This document shows, piece after piece, positions 63,669 to 64,000 of a stretch of DNA of 64,000 bases (position 1 is the stretch's first letter; each line of letters opens with the position of its first letter). The notes beneath the pieces were generated by a model, which searched no databases, was not told the origin of the DNA, and was given only the letters and a program-made list of their open reading frames with translations. Origin of the DNA: Octopus sinensis (Eukaryota); assembly GCF_006345805.1 (NCBI RefSeq), contig NC_043004.1, forward strand, positions 46,562,001 to 46,626,000. Direction: 5' to 3'. Position numbers and translations under genes: made by a program.

Positions 63669-64000
63669 ATAGTTGTCAGAGACCATGAAGAAAAAAAATG
63701 CTTTCTAATTGATGTATCAATACCGGCTGATGACAACGTGTCTCTAAAACAAATGGAGAAACTCTCAAAATACAAAGACCTGGAAATAGAGGTAACTAGA
63801 ATGTGGAATCTGAAAACAGAAACAATTCCTATCATAGTAGGTGCATTAGGCATGATAAAAAATATTCAGACAAATACATAACAAAAACACCAGGACTTAC
63901 AAACACATACAACATACAGAAAATTGCACTACTAGGCACTGCACACATCCTACGCAGAACACTTTCCATATAATAACCATCAGAGCATCACAACAAATCA
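63669..64000 (+). mobile_element. 5'-truncated Dong/R4-clade element (second subfamily), RLE C-terminus, following (AAT)n; runs off the window
   Basis: IVVRDHEEKKCFLIDVSIPADDNV...KLSKYKDLEIEVTRMWNLKTETIPIIVGALG...IQKIALLGTAHILRRTLSI*, with one frameshift and a stop at 63973. Confidence 0.9.

Overview
This is AT-rich, microsatellite-saturated eukaryotic DNA. I can support no host protein-coding exon, tRNA or rRNA gene, so it is intergenic or deep intronic. The repeat content (several tRNA-derived SINE families, Dong/R4 and RTE LINE remnants, many mariner remnants, long (TA)n/(CA)n/(AAT)n runs) looks like an octopus or other coleoid cephalopod genome; this is inference, not a database result. 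Almost all ORFs in the supplied track are microsatellite artefacts. The real coding remnants belong to transposons: Dong/R4, RTE, mariner/Tc1 and a Penelope GIY-YIG endonuclease. The most notable signal is a dense set of type I hammerhead ribozyme (HHR) motifs from several unrelated short repeat families, many beside (TA)n runs and probably Penelope-like pseudo-LTRs or retrozymes. They include (i) a 479-bp tandem unit with a 116-bp fold-back, (ii) a 118-bp zero-loop palindrome encoding a hammerhead on each strand, whose arms differ by a compensatory base pair, and (iii) a three-copy family with a non-canonical CUGUAGAA core. Other points of interest are a Merlin-like MITE carrying telomeric repeats, an inverted templated insertion inside a mariner, and a SINE inserted into its own family at a recurring site. 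All alignments and folds were done by eye.
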